Assembly: GCA_035500505.1 (NCBI GenBank)
Contig: DATJXE010000006.1
Coordinates: 30,037-94,036, forward strand
Source of the DNA: Minisyncoccota bacterium
GTDB taxonomy: Bacteria; Patescibacteriota; Minisyncoccia; Phycocordibacterales; UBA2100
Direction of reading: 5' to 3'
DNA: 64,000 nucleotides
Each line of letters opens with the position of its first letter. The first letter of the stretch is position 1. A program made the position numbers and the translations under genes. This document shows positions 45,200-55,617 of this stretch, piece after piece. The notes beneath the pieces are model-generated. The model saw only the letters and a list, made by a program, of their open reading frames with translations. It made no database searches and was not told where the DNA came from.

Positions 45200-46318
45200 T
45201 TAGAAAGTAGTGGTCAATGGAGACCCGAGCCCGGTCACATAATCGTAGTGTTTGCGCGCGGTGCAAAGGTAGCCGCAGAGTCCATTGGTGCCGCTCGTAA
45301 TGTCGCGGAAATAGTTCGCATTGTTCTGCGCGGCCTTGTCGGCGTAGAGCTCTCGCAAACTGATACCGCTCCCGAGCGCCGCGATAGCGGCCCACTGCGG
45401 GGCGCCTGCGGAGGTGCCGCCGACCTTTTGCCATTTCCCTGCGTGGTAGATGGGAAAACCAGAGGCGGGATCGGCGTCGTAGGAAACGTCGGGGATCGCG
45501 CGCATACCGCCCGCTTTGGGAATGTTGTAGGCGGATTGGAACGAGGGCTCCTTTTCGTATGCGGAAACTCCGCCGCCCGAGCCGCTCCATGCCGTCTCGC
45601 CCAAAAAAGCCCCGTTCGAAGAGAGCGACACATGCGTTCCTCCCACGCCGATGACATTGGGCGATGACGCCGGCCACGAGGCACCGGTGCCATTGTCGCC
45701 TGAAGAAGCAAAAAAGAGCGCGCCGGAGATGCTTTTGAAGTGGGGGTCGAGCGAGACTTCTTCGGGAAATTCCGCACCGCCCCAGCTCATCGATATTGCC
45801 GCGACTCCGTTGCGTGCCGCAGCGTAATCGACCGCGTTCAATAAATTCGTGCCGCTTGGGGTCGTAGCCTCGACGAGGAGAATCTTTGCATTCGGCGCGA
45901 TCGCATGCGCCCACTCCACATCGAGCGACGTTTCCAGCGCCCAGCCGCTGTTCGTGCTTTCTTTCGCGCTCATCAGATGCTGCTCAAGGCAACCGTTCCC
46001 TTTCGTGCATGCCGGCAAGCCGAACTGCTTGTCGAACACGGCCAAGTCGGATTCTATCGTCGTGTCATCATAGGCCCCGATAATGACGATGGTACCTTTG
46101 CCGCCATTTTCAGGAAGATGATATATCTTTTTTATCTCATCCGGCGTCATCCCGACGGGAGATTTCGTGGTGGTGCCGAGTACGTGAATGGGCGGTTTGC
46201 CTTTGTAATTCGAGAAATGATATGACGCCTCTGCGCCTCCCGGCGTGGCAAATAGCATTAGGATAAGCCACACCGAACACGCCGCGCGCGTCATGAGCGC
46301 GAATGACCCCTTTTTCAT
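45200..46318 (-). CDS. Secreted S8/S53 (sedolisin/subtilisin-like) serine peptidase
   Basis: Signal peptide, catalytic Ser motif GGTSAGAPQWAA, and a Ca-binding-like C-terminus. Confidence 0.65.
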   Translation of the reverse strand: MKKGSFALMTRAACSVWLILMLFATPGGAEASYHFSNYKGKPPIHVLGTTTKSPVGMTPDEIKKIYHLPENGGKGTIVIIGAYDDTTIESDLAVFDKQFGLPACTKGNGCLEQHLMSAKESTNSGWALETSLDVEWAHAIAPNAKILLVEATTPSGTNLLNAVDYAAARNGVAAISMSWGGAEFPEEVSLDPHFKSISGALFFASSGDNGTGASWPASSPNVIGVGGTHVSLSSNGAFLGETAWSGSGGGVSAYEKEPSFQSAYNIPKAGGMRAIPDVSYDADPASGFPIYHAGKWQKVGGTSAGAPQWAAIAALGSGISLRELYADKAAQNNANYFRDITSGTNGLCGYLCTARKHYDYVTGLGSPLTTTF

Positions 46319-46398
46319 GAACGCGAGTATACAAGGAGCGAAAAAGGAATTTCATCTCACCCTGTGGATTGCGAACGAATTGTGCTACCCTAGTTTCC

Positions 46399-46788
46399 AT
46401 GCTTATCCGCACCTGCATGGCAAAAATCCACCGCGCCACCGTGACTGAGGCCGACCTGAACTACGTTGGCTCTATCACTATCGACGAAGACCTCCTCGAC
46501 GCAAGCGGCATGAGGCCGTTCCAGTACGTCAACATCACGAACGTCGCGAACGGCGTTTTCTGGCAAACCTATATTATGGCCGGCAAGCGCGGCGCTGGCG
46601 GCATATGCCTCAACGGTCCGCCTGCGCACCACTTCCATCCGGGCGATAAGGTCATTATTCTCGCGGAAGCTTGGCTCCCTCCCGAAGAGCTGAAGGACCT
46701 GAATCCAGTCGTCGTGTTCGTCGACGACAAAAACAAAGTGACGGAAGTTAAAAAACACAAACTTATCGCGCCAGGCACGAAACGCTGA
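46399..46788 (+). CDS. panD: Aspartate 1-decarboxylase (pyruvoyl-dependent)
   Basis: MLIRTCMAKIHRATVTEADLNYVGSITIDEDLL; GS is the self-cleavage site. Confidence 0.85.
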   Translation: MLIRTCMAKIHRATVTEADLNYVGSITIDEDLLDASGMRPFQYVNITNVANGVFWQTYIMAGKRGAGGICLNGPPAHHFHPGDKVIILAEAWLPPEELKDLNPVVVFVDDKNKVTEVKKHKLIAPGTKR

Positions 46789-46789
46789 A

Positions 46790-47197
46790 CTACATCCCCT
46801 TGGGCTGCAACATGCTCATGCGGTTGCCCTCACTGTCGATGATGGCGCAGTAGAGGCCGATGCCGGGAATTTCGTCCGGCTGACCGTCGTCTTTGCTTCC
46901 GCCAAGTACTTTGCCGCCAGCCGCCGCGACTTTCTTCATCGCTTCCTGAATATCGTCGACAGCGACGACGACCGACGGAGCCTGCGAATCCTTACTGCGC
47001 TTGTACAAACCACCGTTGATGCGCCCCGGCTCTTTTATCATGTGCGTTGCGGGATCGGTCTCGCTCGTTGAAACGACGACATAGTTGCCCATCTCGGGCC
47101 CGAGCTTTTGCGGCTCCCAGCCGAACGCATCCTGATAAAATTTCGCCGCGCGATCTCTGTCTTCATACGGCAGTTCAAAATGTACGACGGGGTTCAT
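46790..47197 (-). CDS. VOC (glyoxalase/bleomycin-resistance) family protein
   Basis: 135 aa with a betaalphabetabetabeta module pattern (HFELPYEDRDRAAKFYQDAFGW...). Confidence 0.6.
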   Translation of the reverse strand: MNPVVHFELPYEDRDRAAKFYQDAFGWEPQKLGPEMGNYVVVSTSETDPATHMIKEPGRINGGLYKRSKDSQAPSVVVAVDDIQEAMKKVAAAGGKVLGGSKDDGQPDEIPGIGLYCAIIDSEGNRMSMLQPKGM

Positions 47198-47252
47198 ATA
47201 TTTTTGTCGTTAGAACGAATAGGCCCCCAGTATACCAAATCCGCTATGCTCC

Positions 47253-49613
47253 TTAAGCGTCCCAGCGCCAATCGCGGATCTCCGGCATGTCGACGCCGTT
47301 CTCGTCGATGTAACGTTTGTGTTCGACGAGCTTGTCCGCCAATTCCTGTTTCAAATACGCGCCCTCGCTTCCGGTCTGCGGGAGCCTGTCGATAACGTCC
47401 ATCGCAAGGTGGTAACGGTCCATGTCGTTGAGGACGGCCATGTCGAAAGGTGTCGTGATGGTCCCCTCTTCCTTGTACCCGCGCACATGGATGTTGCGGT
47501 TGGCGCGGCGGTACGTGAGCCTGTGGATGAGCCAGGGATAGCCGTGGAACGCGAATATGATGTGCTTGTCTTTGGTGAAAAGCGAATCGTAATCCGCGTC
47601 GGAAAGACCGTGCGAGTGTTCGCTCTGAGGTTCGAGCCGCATGAGGTCGAGAACATTGATGACTCGGATCTTCAGCTTCGGAAGACGTTTCCGTAGGATA
47701 GAAACGGCCGCGAGCGTCTCCAGGGTCGGGATGTCGCCTGCACAGGCCATGACGACATCCGGCTCGCCGTCCTGATCGTTGCTCGCCCACTGCCAGATGC
47801 CGATGCCTTCGGTGCAGTGTTTGACAGCGGCGTCCATGTCGAGCCACTGTACGCTGTCATGCTTGCCGCACACGACGACGTTGATGTAGTTCTGCGAACG
47901 GAAACAGTGATCCATAACGGAAAGCAAGCAGTTCGCATCCGGCGGCAAGTACACACGCACCATCACCGATTTCTTGTTGACGACGTGGTCGATGAATCCC
48001 GGATCCTGGTGCGTGAAGCCGTTGTGGTCCTGCCGCCACACGTGCGAGGTCAGGAGGTAATTGAGTGACGAGATCTTTTCACGCCACGGCAACTCAAGCG
48101 ACATCTTCATCCACTTTGCGTGCTGGGTCAGCATCGAATCGACGATTCGGATGAACGCTTCGTAGCTGTGGAAGAGTCCGTGCCGTCCGGTCAAAAGATA
48201 TCCTTCGAGCCATCCTTCGCAGAGGTGCTCGCTCAACACTTCGACGACGCGACCTTCGGGTGCGAGGAATTCGTCGCCGGACTTGAGCTCCGCTTCCCAC
48301 TGACGATTCGTCACCTCAAAAACTGCCTCGAGGCGGTTCGATATGGTTTCGTCGGGACCGAAGACGCGGAAATTTTTCTGCGCCGCGTTCGCCTTGATGA
48401 TGTCGCGCAAAAAAGGCCCGAGCACGTGGACGTTGCCGGCGATGGCTTTGGTCGGCGCGGGCACCGCGACGGCGTAGGAACGGAAATCCGGCATGATGAG
48501 ATCTCGGCGCAATTTGCCGCCGTTCGTGTGCGGGTTCATGCCCATCCTTCTCTCGCCTTCCGGCGCGAGCTTGGCGAGTTGAGGGAGGAGCCGTCCCTCT
48601 TCGTCGAACAATTCTTCGGGCCGGTAACTTTTCAGCCAGTCCTCAAGCATCTTCAGATGTTCAGGCGGCTCGGTCGCCGAGACGAGAAGCGGCACTTGGT
48701 GCGAACGGAACGTCCCCTCGACGGGAAGGCCGTCGACGGTCTTCGGCCCAGTCCAGCCTTTCGGCGAATTGAACACCAGCATCGGCCAACGCGGGCGCGA
48801 AGGGTCGTTGTTCGTGCGCGCGTTTTCTTGTATCCGTCGTATTTCTTCGATGGCTTTGTCGAGGGTCGCCGCCATCGCCTGGTGCATCAGGCGCGGATCG
48901 TCCCCTTCGACGAAGTACGGCGTCCAGCCGTACCCGCGGAAGAGCTGTTCCAACTCTTCGCGCGTGATGCGGGCGAGAACGGTCGGGTTGGATATCTTGT
49001 AACCGTTCAGGTTGAGGATGGGCAGTACGGCGCCGTCGGAAACGGGATTCAGGAACTTGTTGGAGTGCCATGCGGTCGCCAGGGGGCCGGTTTCCGCCTC
49101 TCCGTCGCCGACGACGCAGGCTGCAATGAGGCCGGGATTGTCGAAAACGGCCCCAAATGAGTGGCTTAGGGAGTATCCCAGTTCCCCGCCCTCGTGGATG
49201 GAACCGGGGGTCTGCGGCGAGACGTGGCTCGATATCCCTCCGGGGAACGAGAACTGTCCGAAAAGCCGCTTGAGGCCTGCGATGTCTTGGCTTACGTTCG
49301 GATATATTTCGCTGTACGTGCCCTCAAGATACACGTGACCGACGACCGCCGGCCCGCCGTGCCCGGGACCGGATACGTATATCATGTCGAGGTCGTATTT
49401 TTTGATGACGCGGTTGAGGTGTGTATAGATGAAATTTTGCGCGGGCGTCGTTCCCCAGTGTCCCAATAAAAGCTGCTTCACGTGTTCGAGCTTCAAAGGC
49501 TCGCGCAAAAGCGGATTGTCGCGCAGGTAAATTTGCCCGACCGAAAGATAATTCGACGCGCGCCAATACGCGTCCATGTCCGAGAGCACTTCCGGTGTCA
49601 GCCGTTCATCCAT
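47253..49613 (-). CDS. xfp: Xylulose-5-phosphate/fructose-6-phosphate phosphoketolase
   Basis: [21 protein letters not shown]...[11 protein letters not shown]...GPGHGGPA and a C-terminal TPP/XFP domain. The start is trimmed to [10 protein letters not shown]. Confidence 0.9.
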   Translation of the reverse strand: MDERLTPEVLSDMDAYWRASNYLSVGQIYLRDNPLLREPLKLEHVKQLLLGHWGTTPAQNFIYTHLNRVIKKYDLDMIYVSGPGHGGPAVVGHVYLEGTYSEIYPNVSQDIAGLKRLFGQFSFPGGISSHVSPQTPGSIHEGGELGYSLSHSFGAVFDNPGLIAACVVGDGEAETGPLATAWHSNKFLNPVSDGAVLPILNLNGYKISNPTVLARITREELEQLFRGYGWTPYFVEGDDPRLMHQAMAATLDKAIEEIRRIQENARTNNDPSRPRWPMLVFNSPKGWTGPKTVDGLPVEGTFRSHQVPLLVSATEPPEHLKMLEDWLKSYRPEELFDEEGRLLPQLAKLAPEGERRMGMNPHTNGGKLRRDLIMPDFRSYAVAVPAPTKAIAGNVHVLGPFLRDIIKANAAQKNFRVFGPDETISNRLEAVFEVTNRQWEAELKSGDEFLAPEGRVVEVLSEHLCEGWLEGYLLTGRHGLFHSYEAFIRIVDSMLTQHAKWMKMSLELPWREKISSLNYLLTSHVWRQDHNGFTHQDPGFIDHVVNKKSVMVRVYLPPDANCLLSVMDHCFRSQNYINVVVCGKHDSVQWLDMDAAVKHCTEGIGIWQWASNDQDGEPDVVMACAGDIPTLETLAAVSILRKRLPKLKIRVINVLDLMRLEPQSEHSHGLSDADYDSLFTKDKHIIFAFHGYPWLIHRLTYRRANRNIHVRGYKEEGTITTPFDMAVLNDMDRYHLAMDVIDRLPQTGSEGAYLKQELADKLVEHKRYIDENGVDMPEIRDWRWDA

Positions 49614-50718
49614 GATGTTGTAGGAAGCGGCTCGCTTCCTCGGCGATGACCGATTCTTCATCGGTGTACATTGCGAGGACCGCGACCTTGCTCCCGAGGG
49701 TGGAGATCACGGGTTCGTTGGCGTCGTTCTTGTGCTCATCGAGTTCGATGCCGAGGAACCCCAACCCTTCGCAGACCCGCGCGCGGATCTTCGGGGCTTT
49801 TTCCCCGATCCCGCCCGCAAAGACGAGCGTATCCAGACCACCGAGCGACGCCGAGAACGCTCCGATGCATTTTTTGACCTGATAACAAAAAAGCGCGATG
49901 GCTTGCGCCGCGCGGGCGTCGGTCGCCTCTTGTTCGAGAAGCGCGTGCATGTCGGCGCTTATCTCGGACACGCCGAGGAGCCCGGAGCGGCCGTTGACCA
50001 TTTCGTTGAACTGCTTCGCGTCCATCCCCTCCGTGCGCGCGAAGTACCAGGGTAACCCTGGATCAAGGTCGCCGGAGCGAGTGCTCATCATGACGCCGGA
50101 AGCGGGCGTGAAGCCCATGCTGGTGTCCACCGGTTTCCCTTCGCGCACAGCCGCAAGACTTGCGCCGCTTCCCAAGTGCGCAAGCACCACACGGCCTCGC
50201 GCCGCGTCTTCTCCCTGCACGCGGGCGAGCTCTTTCATCAGATATGAATACGAAAGCCCGTGAAATCCGTACCGTCGAACCCCTTTCGCTTCGTAGCGGC
50301 GAGGGATCGACAACATACGAGCGACCTCCGGAAGGTCATGAAAAAAACCGGTGTCGAAACATGCGATATGGGGCACATCCTTGAATTGCGCCTGGAATTC
50401 TTTGATGAGCCGGAGTTCTTCAGGGAGATGGTCCGGATCGAATTGCTCGTAGGCGTGCAGTGTTCCCAGCATCTTTTCGTCGATGAGCGTCGGAGCGTAA
50501 TAGGACGGACCGCCGTTCACCACGCGATGCCCCACCGCGCGGATGGTCGCGTCCAAAGAATGCTCTCGCAACTTTCCCGCGATCTCTTGCGCGGCATTCG
50601 CCACCTCGACGCTGCCGGACAGAAGTTTCTTCGTCCGGTCCGTCGCGTCACACACGGCAAATTTCACACTCGAGGAGCCTGCATTTACGGCCAAAATGTT
50701 GGAAGGACCCGTTTCCAT
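49606..50718 (-). CDS. ackA: Acetate kinase
   Basis: [24 protein letters not shown], and RYGFHGLSY motifs. Confidence 0.9.
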   Translation of the reverse strand: METGPSNILAVNAGSSSVKFAVCDATDRTKKLLSGSVEVANAAQEIAGKLREHSLDATIRAVGHRVVNGGPSYYAPTLIDEKMLGTLHAYEQFDPDHLPEELRLIKEFQAQFKDVPHIACFDTGFFHDLPEVARMLSIPRRYEAKGVRRYGFHGLSYSYLMKELARVQGEDAARGRVVLAHLGSGASLAAVREGKPVDTSMGFTPASGVMMSTRSGDLDPGLPWYFARTEGMDAKQFNEMVNGRSGLLGVSEISADMHALLEQEATDARAAQAIALFCYQVKKCIGAFSASLGGLDTLVFAGGIGEKAPKIRARVCEGLGFLGIELDEHKNDANEPVISTLGSKVAVLAMYTDEESVIAEEASRFLQHHG

Positions 50719-50790
50719 GCGTATGCATCGATTCTAGCACGCAACCAGAACCGACCTGTGCGGCACACCCAGCGCTCGTGGCGTAGGGTT

Positions 50791-51072
50791 TCAGGAAGGA
50801 AGCCGTCGCAAAAGCGCCTCGACGCCCTTGCGCATCGCTTCCGTGACGTCAGCGTCCTTGAGGATGTCCCGCATGGTTTCGGACAACTGCTCGTGTACTT
50901 TCACTTCGTTGTCGAAGAGGTACGACGGAAATTCTCCGAACCGCTCGAAATATTCGATGAACACCTTTTTTCGGACGGACGGGTCCTTGTGCGTCGCGGC
51001 CTGCTTCATTTGCTCAAAGTCGAACTTCTGGCGCTTCACGCTCTCATCGCCCGTCCCGGAGCGCCTAACCAT
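50791..51072 (-). CDS. Hypothetical small protein
   Basis: A 93-aa ORF with coding-like composition. Confidence 0.35.
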   Translation of the reverse strand: MVRRSGTGDESVKRQKFDFEQMKQAATHKDPSVRKKVFIEYFERFGEFPSYLFDNEVKVHEQLSETMRDILKDADVTEAMRKGVEALLRRLPS

Positions 51073-51214
51073 GGCGCCGTTTGATGAAACACGGCAAGCA
51101 GTGCGACTGCTCGCGTCTTGTTTTTATGTATTTGTTGCCGCACTCGCAGACGAGCACTGCCGGTTGCGCCGGGTTGTCTATCCACTTGCCGTTTTTCATG
51201 AATGTTTTTGCCAT
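51065..51214 (-). CDS. Small zinc-ribbon protein (49 aa, CxC...CxxC)
   Basis: MAKTFMKNGKWIDNPAQPAVLVCECGNKYIKTRREQSHCLPCFIKRRHG. The ATG is 1 nt after the DEAD-box helicase stop (TAA-T-ATG). Confidence 0.4.
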   Translation of the reverse strand: MAKTFMKNGKWIDNPAQPAVLVCECGNKYIKTRREQSHCLPCFIKRRHG

Positions 51215-51215
51215 A

Positions 51216-52418
<1,203 letters not shown>

Positions 52419-52607
52419 ATGAGCCCGATATACGGGCTTTTCCGCTCCGCCCTCCACCGCGAGGGCGGAGGGGGAATGCGGACTAAAATAAGTTGTCGAA
52501 CGATCTCGGGACGGATTCGCCTGAAGCTTCGAGGCGGCCTTGGAAATCCCAAGACAAAAACCGAGGAGAAATGTTTGACGGGAGTAAGTATAGCAGAAAG
52601 AGAACGC

Positions 52608-52638
52608 TTGTCAACCGCGGTCGGCACCGATGTATACT
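52608..52638 (+). promoter_or_regulatory. Putative promoter TTGTCA-N19-TATACT just upstream of the cupin gene start (leaderless-like)
   Basis: Read directly. The ATG at 52645 lies 7 nt after the -10. Confidence 0.3.
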
Positions 52639-52644
52639 GAACAC

Positions 52645-53025
52645 ATGAAAGGGTACGTTGCCAATATCGAAGAGTTGTCGCTTTCCAACGATTACTTCAG
52701 GAAGGTTTTGTACACCGATCCTCGCATCCAGCTCGTGATCATGAGCCTCTTGCCGAACGAGGACATCGGCGAAGAGGTGCACGAACTCGACCAGTTCATC
52801 CGAGTCGAAAAGGGCGAGGGCAAGGCGGTACTGGATGGCGAGGAGCATGCGATCGGCGACGGGTCTGTCGTCATCATCCCCAAAGGCACGCGGCACAACA
52901 TCGTCAATTCCTCCGGCACGGAACCCATGAAGCTCTACACGCTGTACGCGCCGCCGAACCACGCGGAAGGCACTACGCACAAGACCAAGGCGGAGGCGGA
53001 AGCCGACGAGGAACATTACGAATAA
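52645..53025 (+). CDS. Cupin domain protein
   Basis: ...GEEVHELDQFIRVEKGEGKAVLDGEEHAIGDGSVVIIPKGTRHN is the cupin 2 conserved barrel. Confidence 0.65.
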   Translation: MKGYVANIEELSLSNDYFRKVLYTDPRIQLVIMSLLPNEDIGEEVHELDQFIRVEKGEGKAVLDGEEHAIGDGSVVIIPKGTRHNIVNSSGTEPMKLYTLYAPPNHAEGTTHKTKAEAEADEEHYE

Positions 53026-53163
53026 CAACAAGTGCGGAGGGTGAGGGATAGGAACTACTGGGAAACCCTCGGTTTTCCCAATCCTTCCTCCACGGGAAAA
53101 CAGCATGTTTTCCCGACCCCATTCTGGTTCGAATCCCCCACTCCACCGTATTCGCTTTGCTCT

Positions 53164-53248
53164 CGGAGGGTGAGGGATTCGAACCCTCGGTGCCTTGCGA
53201 CACACACGCTTTCCAAGCGTGCGCACTAGACCACTATGCGAACCCTCC
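53164..53248 (-). tRNA. tRNA-Ser (anticodon GGA), type II with long variable arm
   Basis: The reverse complement reads GGAGGGTTCGCATAGTGGTCTAGTGCGCACGCTTGGAAAGCGTGTGTGTCGCAAGGCACCGAGGGTTCGAATCCCTCACCCTCCG, with acceptor, D, anticodon (CACGC/GCGTG around TTGGAAA), variable, and T arms resolved. Confidence 0.85.
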
Positions 53249-53327
53249 AATCATGAGGAGTATACGCGAGAGTTTGTTTCTACAAAAGGAGGCGGCCACA
53301 CCAAGGAAGGGCGTGGCCGAATCTTAT

Positions 53328-53756
53328 TCACTTCTTGTTGGTAGCCATGCGCAGAGCGGCGAAGAAGGTGCGGAGCGAATGGATGGCAGAACGTTGCATT
53401 GGCGTCGCTCGGCTCGAATAATTGGTCTGCACACTGAATACCTCGAGCCCACTTTCGATGTCCGCTAGGTCCAGCTCGGCCTTCGGTAAACCTTCCGATA
53501 CGAGCGTTTGAAGGTTTGGCAAACTGCTTTCCGACGGCCTGAAATGGAAAACATCCGGCAGCATTTGTGGCACTTGTGGCGCCGGCGGCGGGTACTTCGG
53601 CTTCTGCGAAACAGATATGTGGGTCGGATCGACCAGGCTTGATTCCTGGACCGGCCGCGGCCCGAACATATCTATGACCTCCGCCGATTTGCTTGTGTCG
53701 ATGTACTTTCCGCCACGCACCCCTCCTCGTTCCGGGAACTCCTCGATGTCGGCCAT
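53328..53756 (-). CDS. Hypothetical acidic protein
   Basis: A 142-aa ORF. It is preferred over the overlapping Arg/Gly-rich alternative frame 53251..53784. Confidence 0.4.
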   Translation of the reverse strand: MADIEEFPERGGVRGGKYIDTSKSAEVIDMFGPRPVQESSLVDPTHISVSQKPKYPPPAPQVPQMLPDVFHFRPSESSLPNLQTLVSEGLPKAELDLADIESGLEVFSVQTNYSSRATPMQRSAIHSLRTFFAALRMATNKK

Positions 53757-53783
53757 GACGGGATCTCCTTTCTCCCTCCCCCA

Positions 53784-54689
53784 CTATATATCCATCCCCT
53801 CAAGCGCCGCAATGCGCTCTTCGATGGGTGGGTGCGTGGAGAAAAGATTTTGGACCCACTTCCCTGCCGGGTGCGCGCCGAAGGGGTTGGTGATGTAGAG
53901 GTGTGCGGTCGCCGTCGACGCGGTCTGAAGCGGAGCTTGGTAGCTGCCGAGCTTTCGCAATGCCGATTCGAGGCCTTCGGGATAACGCGTGAGAAGCGCG
54001 CCGGACGCGTCGGCGAGGTATTCCCTTCTGCGGGATATCGCGAGCTGTATCAACGTTGCCGCGATGGGAGCCAGGATGATGGCGAGGACTCCCGCGATAA
54101 GGATGATGACGTTGGCGTTGTTCCTGTCGCGCCCGCCTCCACCGAATCCGCCCCAAAAACTCACGCGCAAAAAGATGTTGGCAAGCACCGATATGACGCC
54201 GACCAATACGACGGCGGCTGTCATGACGAGAATGTCTCTATTGCCGATGTGCGAGAGTTCGTGCGCGATGACGCCTTCAAGCTCGTTGCGGTCCATCATC
54301 TGCAAGAGTCCCGTCGTAACGGCGATAGCCGCGTGGTTCTTGTCCCGACCGGTCGAAAAAGCGTTGGGCGCGGGGTCCTCGATGATGTAGATGCGCGGTT
54401 TCGGCAGCCCCGCCGTGATGGCGAGGTTCTCGACGATGCGATGCAATTCGACGTATTGCGTGGGGTCGGCCGGTTGTGCGTGCGCTTGTGCGATGGCAAC
54501 CTTGTCCGAGAACCAGTATGCCCAGATATTCATCACCAACGCTATCGCGATGGCAACGTAGAGGATGGCCGTGGAATCGTAATAGTATGAAACGAACCAG
54601 CCGATCAAAACAACGAGCACCAAAAAGACGCCCATCATGAGCCACGTACGGAATACGTTCCTCGATTGCTGCGTATAAAGACTCGCCAT
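53784..54689 (-). CDS. htpX: Zinc metalloprotease HtpX (M48 family)
   Basis: Four TM segments, HELSHIGNRD (HExxH), and downstream Glu. Confidence 0.9.
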   Translation of the reverse strand: MASLYTQQSRNVFRTWLMMGVFLVLVVLIGWFVSYYYDSTAILYVAIAIALVMNIWAYWFSDKVAIAQAHAQPADPTQYVELHRIVENLAITAGLPKPRIYIIEDPAPNAFSTGRDKNHAAIAVTTGLLQMMDRNELEGVIAHELSHIGNRDILVMTAAVVLVGVISVLANIFLRVSFWGGFGGGGRDRNNANVIILIAGVLAIILAPIAATLIQLAISRRREYLADASGALLTRYPEGLESALRKLGSYQAPLQTASTATAHLYITNPFGAHPAGKWVQNLFSTHPPIEERIAALEGMDI

Positions 54690-54723
54690 AGTGACTCCAA
54701 ATTACAAGGTTGAACCTTGTAGT

Positions 54724-55293
54724 TTAAAAACTGACTTTAACTGGCTGCTGTGCGGCAGCCTGTTCATCGGCACCAAGCTGGAAGTAATCCGCTGGTTTGA
54801 ATCCGAACATATTGCCGATGAAGTTGCCCGGGAATCGCTGCAAGCGCGTATCAAGGTCCTGAACGACGGAATTGTAGAAGCGACGCGCGGCCTGCAATTT
54901 ATTTTCAGTGTCTGTGAGTTGTGCTTGCAGGTCGAGGAAGTTTTGGTTGGCCTTGAGCTCGGGGTAGTTCTCGGAAACGGCAAAGAGCGACTTGAGTGCG
55001 CCGGAAAGCATGTTCTCTGCTCCAGACTTCTGCGCGGGAGCGCTTGCACTCATCGCGGCCGTGCGCGCTTTGGTAACGTCCTCAAAAACAGTCTTCTCGT
55101 GCGAGGCATATCCCTTGACCGACTCGACAAGATTCGGAATGAGGTCGTAGCGGCGTTTGAGCTGGACGTCGATGTCCGACCAGGCTTCTTTGACGCGCTG
55201 TGTAAGGGTTACGAAGCCATTGTACGAAAGGACGGCCCAAATAATGAGGATAACGACTACGGCGAGCAGTATCCAGGTGATCATGATGACCAT
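54724..55293 (-). CDS. lemA: LemA family protein
   Basis: An N-terminal TM anchor, then NGFVTLTQRVKEAWSDIDVQLKRRYDLIPNLVE...ENYPELKANQNF, which is the LemA signature. It is co-directional with htpX. Confidence 0.85.
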   Translation of the reverse strand: MVIMITWILLAVVVILIIWAVLSYNGFVTLTQRVKEAWSDIDVQLKRRYDLIPNLVESVKGYASHEKTVFEDVTKARTAAMSASAPAQKSGAENMLSGALKSLFAVSENYPELKANQNFLDLQAQLTDTENKLQAARRFYNSVVQDLDTRLQRFPGNFIGNMFGFKPADYFQLGADEQAAAQQPVKVSF

Positions 55294-55343
55294 TATACAA
55301 CACCGCCGTATAAAATCACGCAAAAGGGTGCTAGCATTGCGGC

Positions 55344-55616
55344 ATGGAACAAATGCCGAACCGGAGGGACATTTTGAAAGGTATCGCCGGAATAGGTGCC
55401 GCAGCTTTCGCTGCACAACGGTTGGATGCCGTTGCCGGAAAGGAAGACCTGGCGCAGGAACTGCGGGACGAACTCAAGAAAGTTGAAACGTTACGGGATC
55501 AGTATCTCGAAGCGCAGAAAAACGGGGATCGCGCGGCACAAGAACGGCTCGATCATGAGATAGGCGAAGCGATCAAAAAAACGCTGGATCTGAACAAGCG
55601 GATGGAGCCGAAGTGA
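55344..55616 (+). CDS. Small protein with twin-arginine (Tat)-like signal peptide
   Basis: MEQMPNRRDILKGIAGIGAAAFAA followed by a coiled-coil tail. Confidence 0.4.
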   Translation: MEQMPNRRDILKGIAGIGAAAFAAQRLDAVAGKEDLAQELRDELKKVETLRDQYLEAQKNGDRAAQERLDHEIGEAIKKTLDLNKRMEPK

Positions 55617-55617
55617 A

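Noticed and set aside
53036-53160. Possible second tRNA (T-loop-like GGTTCGAATCC on the plus strand, tRNA-Ser-like 3' end on the minus strand)
   Set aside because: Neither strand gives a foldable cloverleaf: the T-stem does not pair, there is no acceptor partner, and the T-loop is enlarged to 17 nt. It is treated as a fragment or scar rather than a gene.
53251-53784. Alternative 177-aa ORF overlapping 53328..53756 in another frame
   Set aside because: Its product is an Arg/Gly/Pro-rich string typical of off-frame translation in high-GC DNA. The 142-aa frame has a more protein-like composition.
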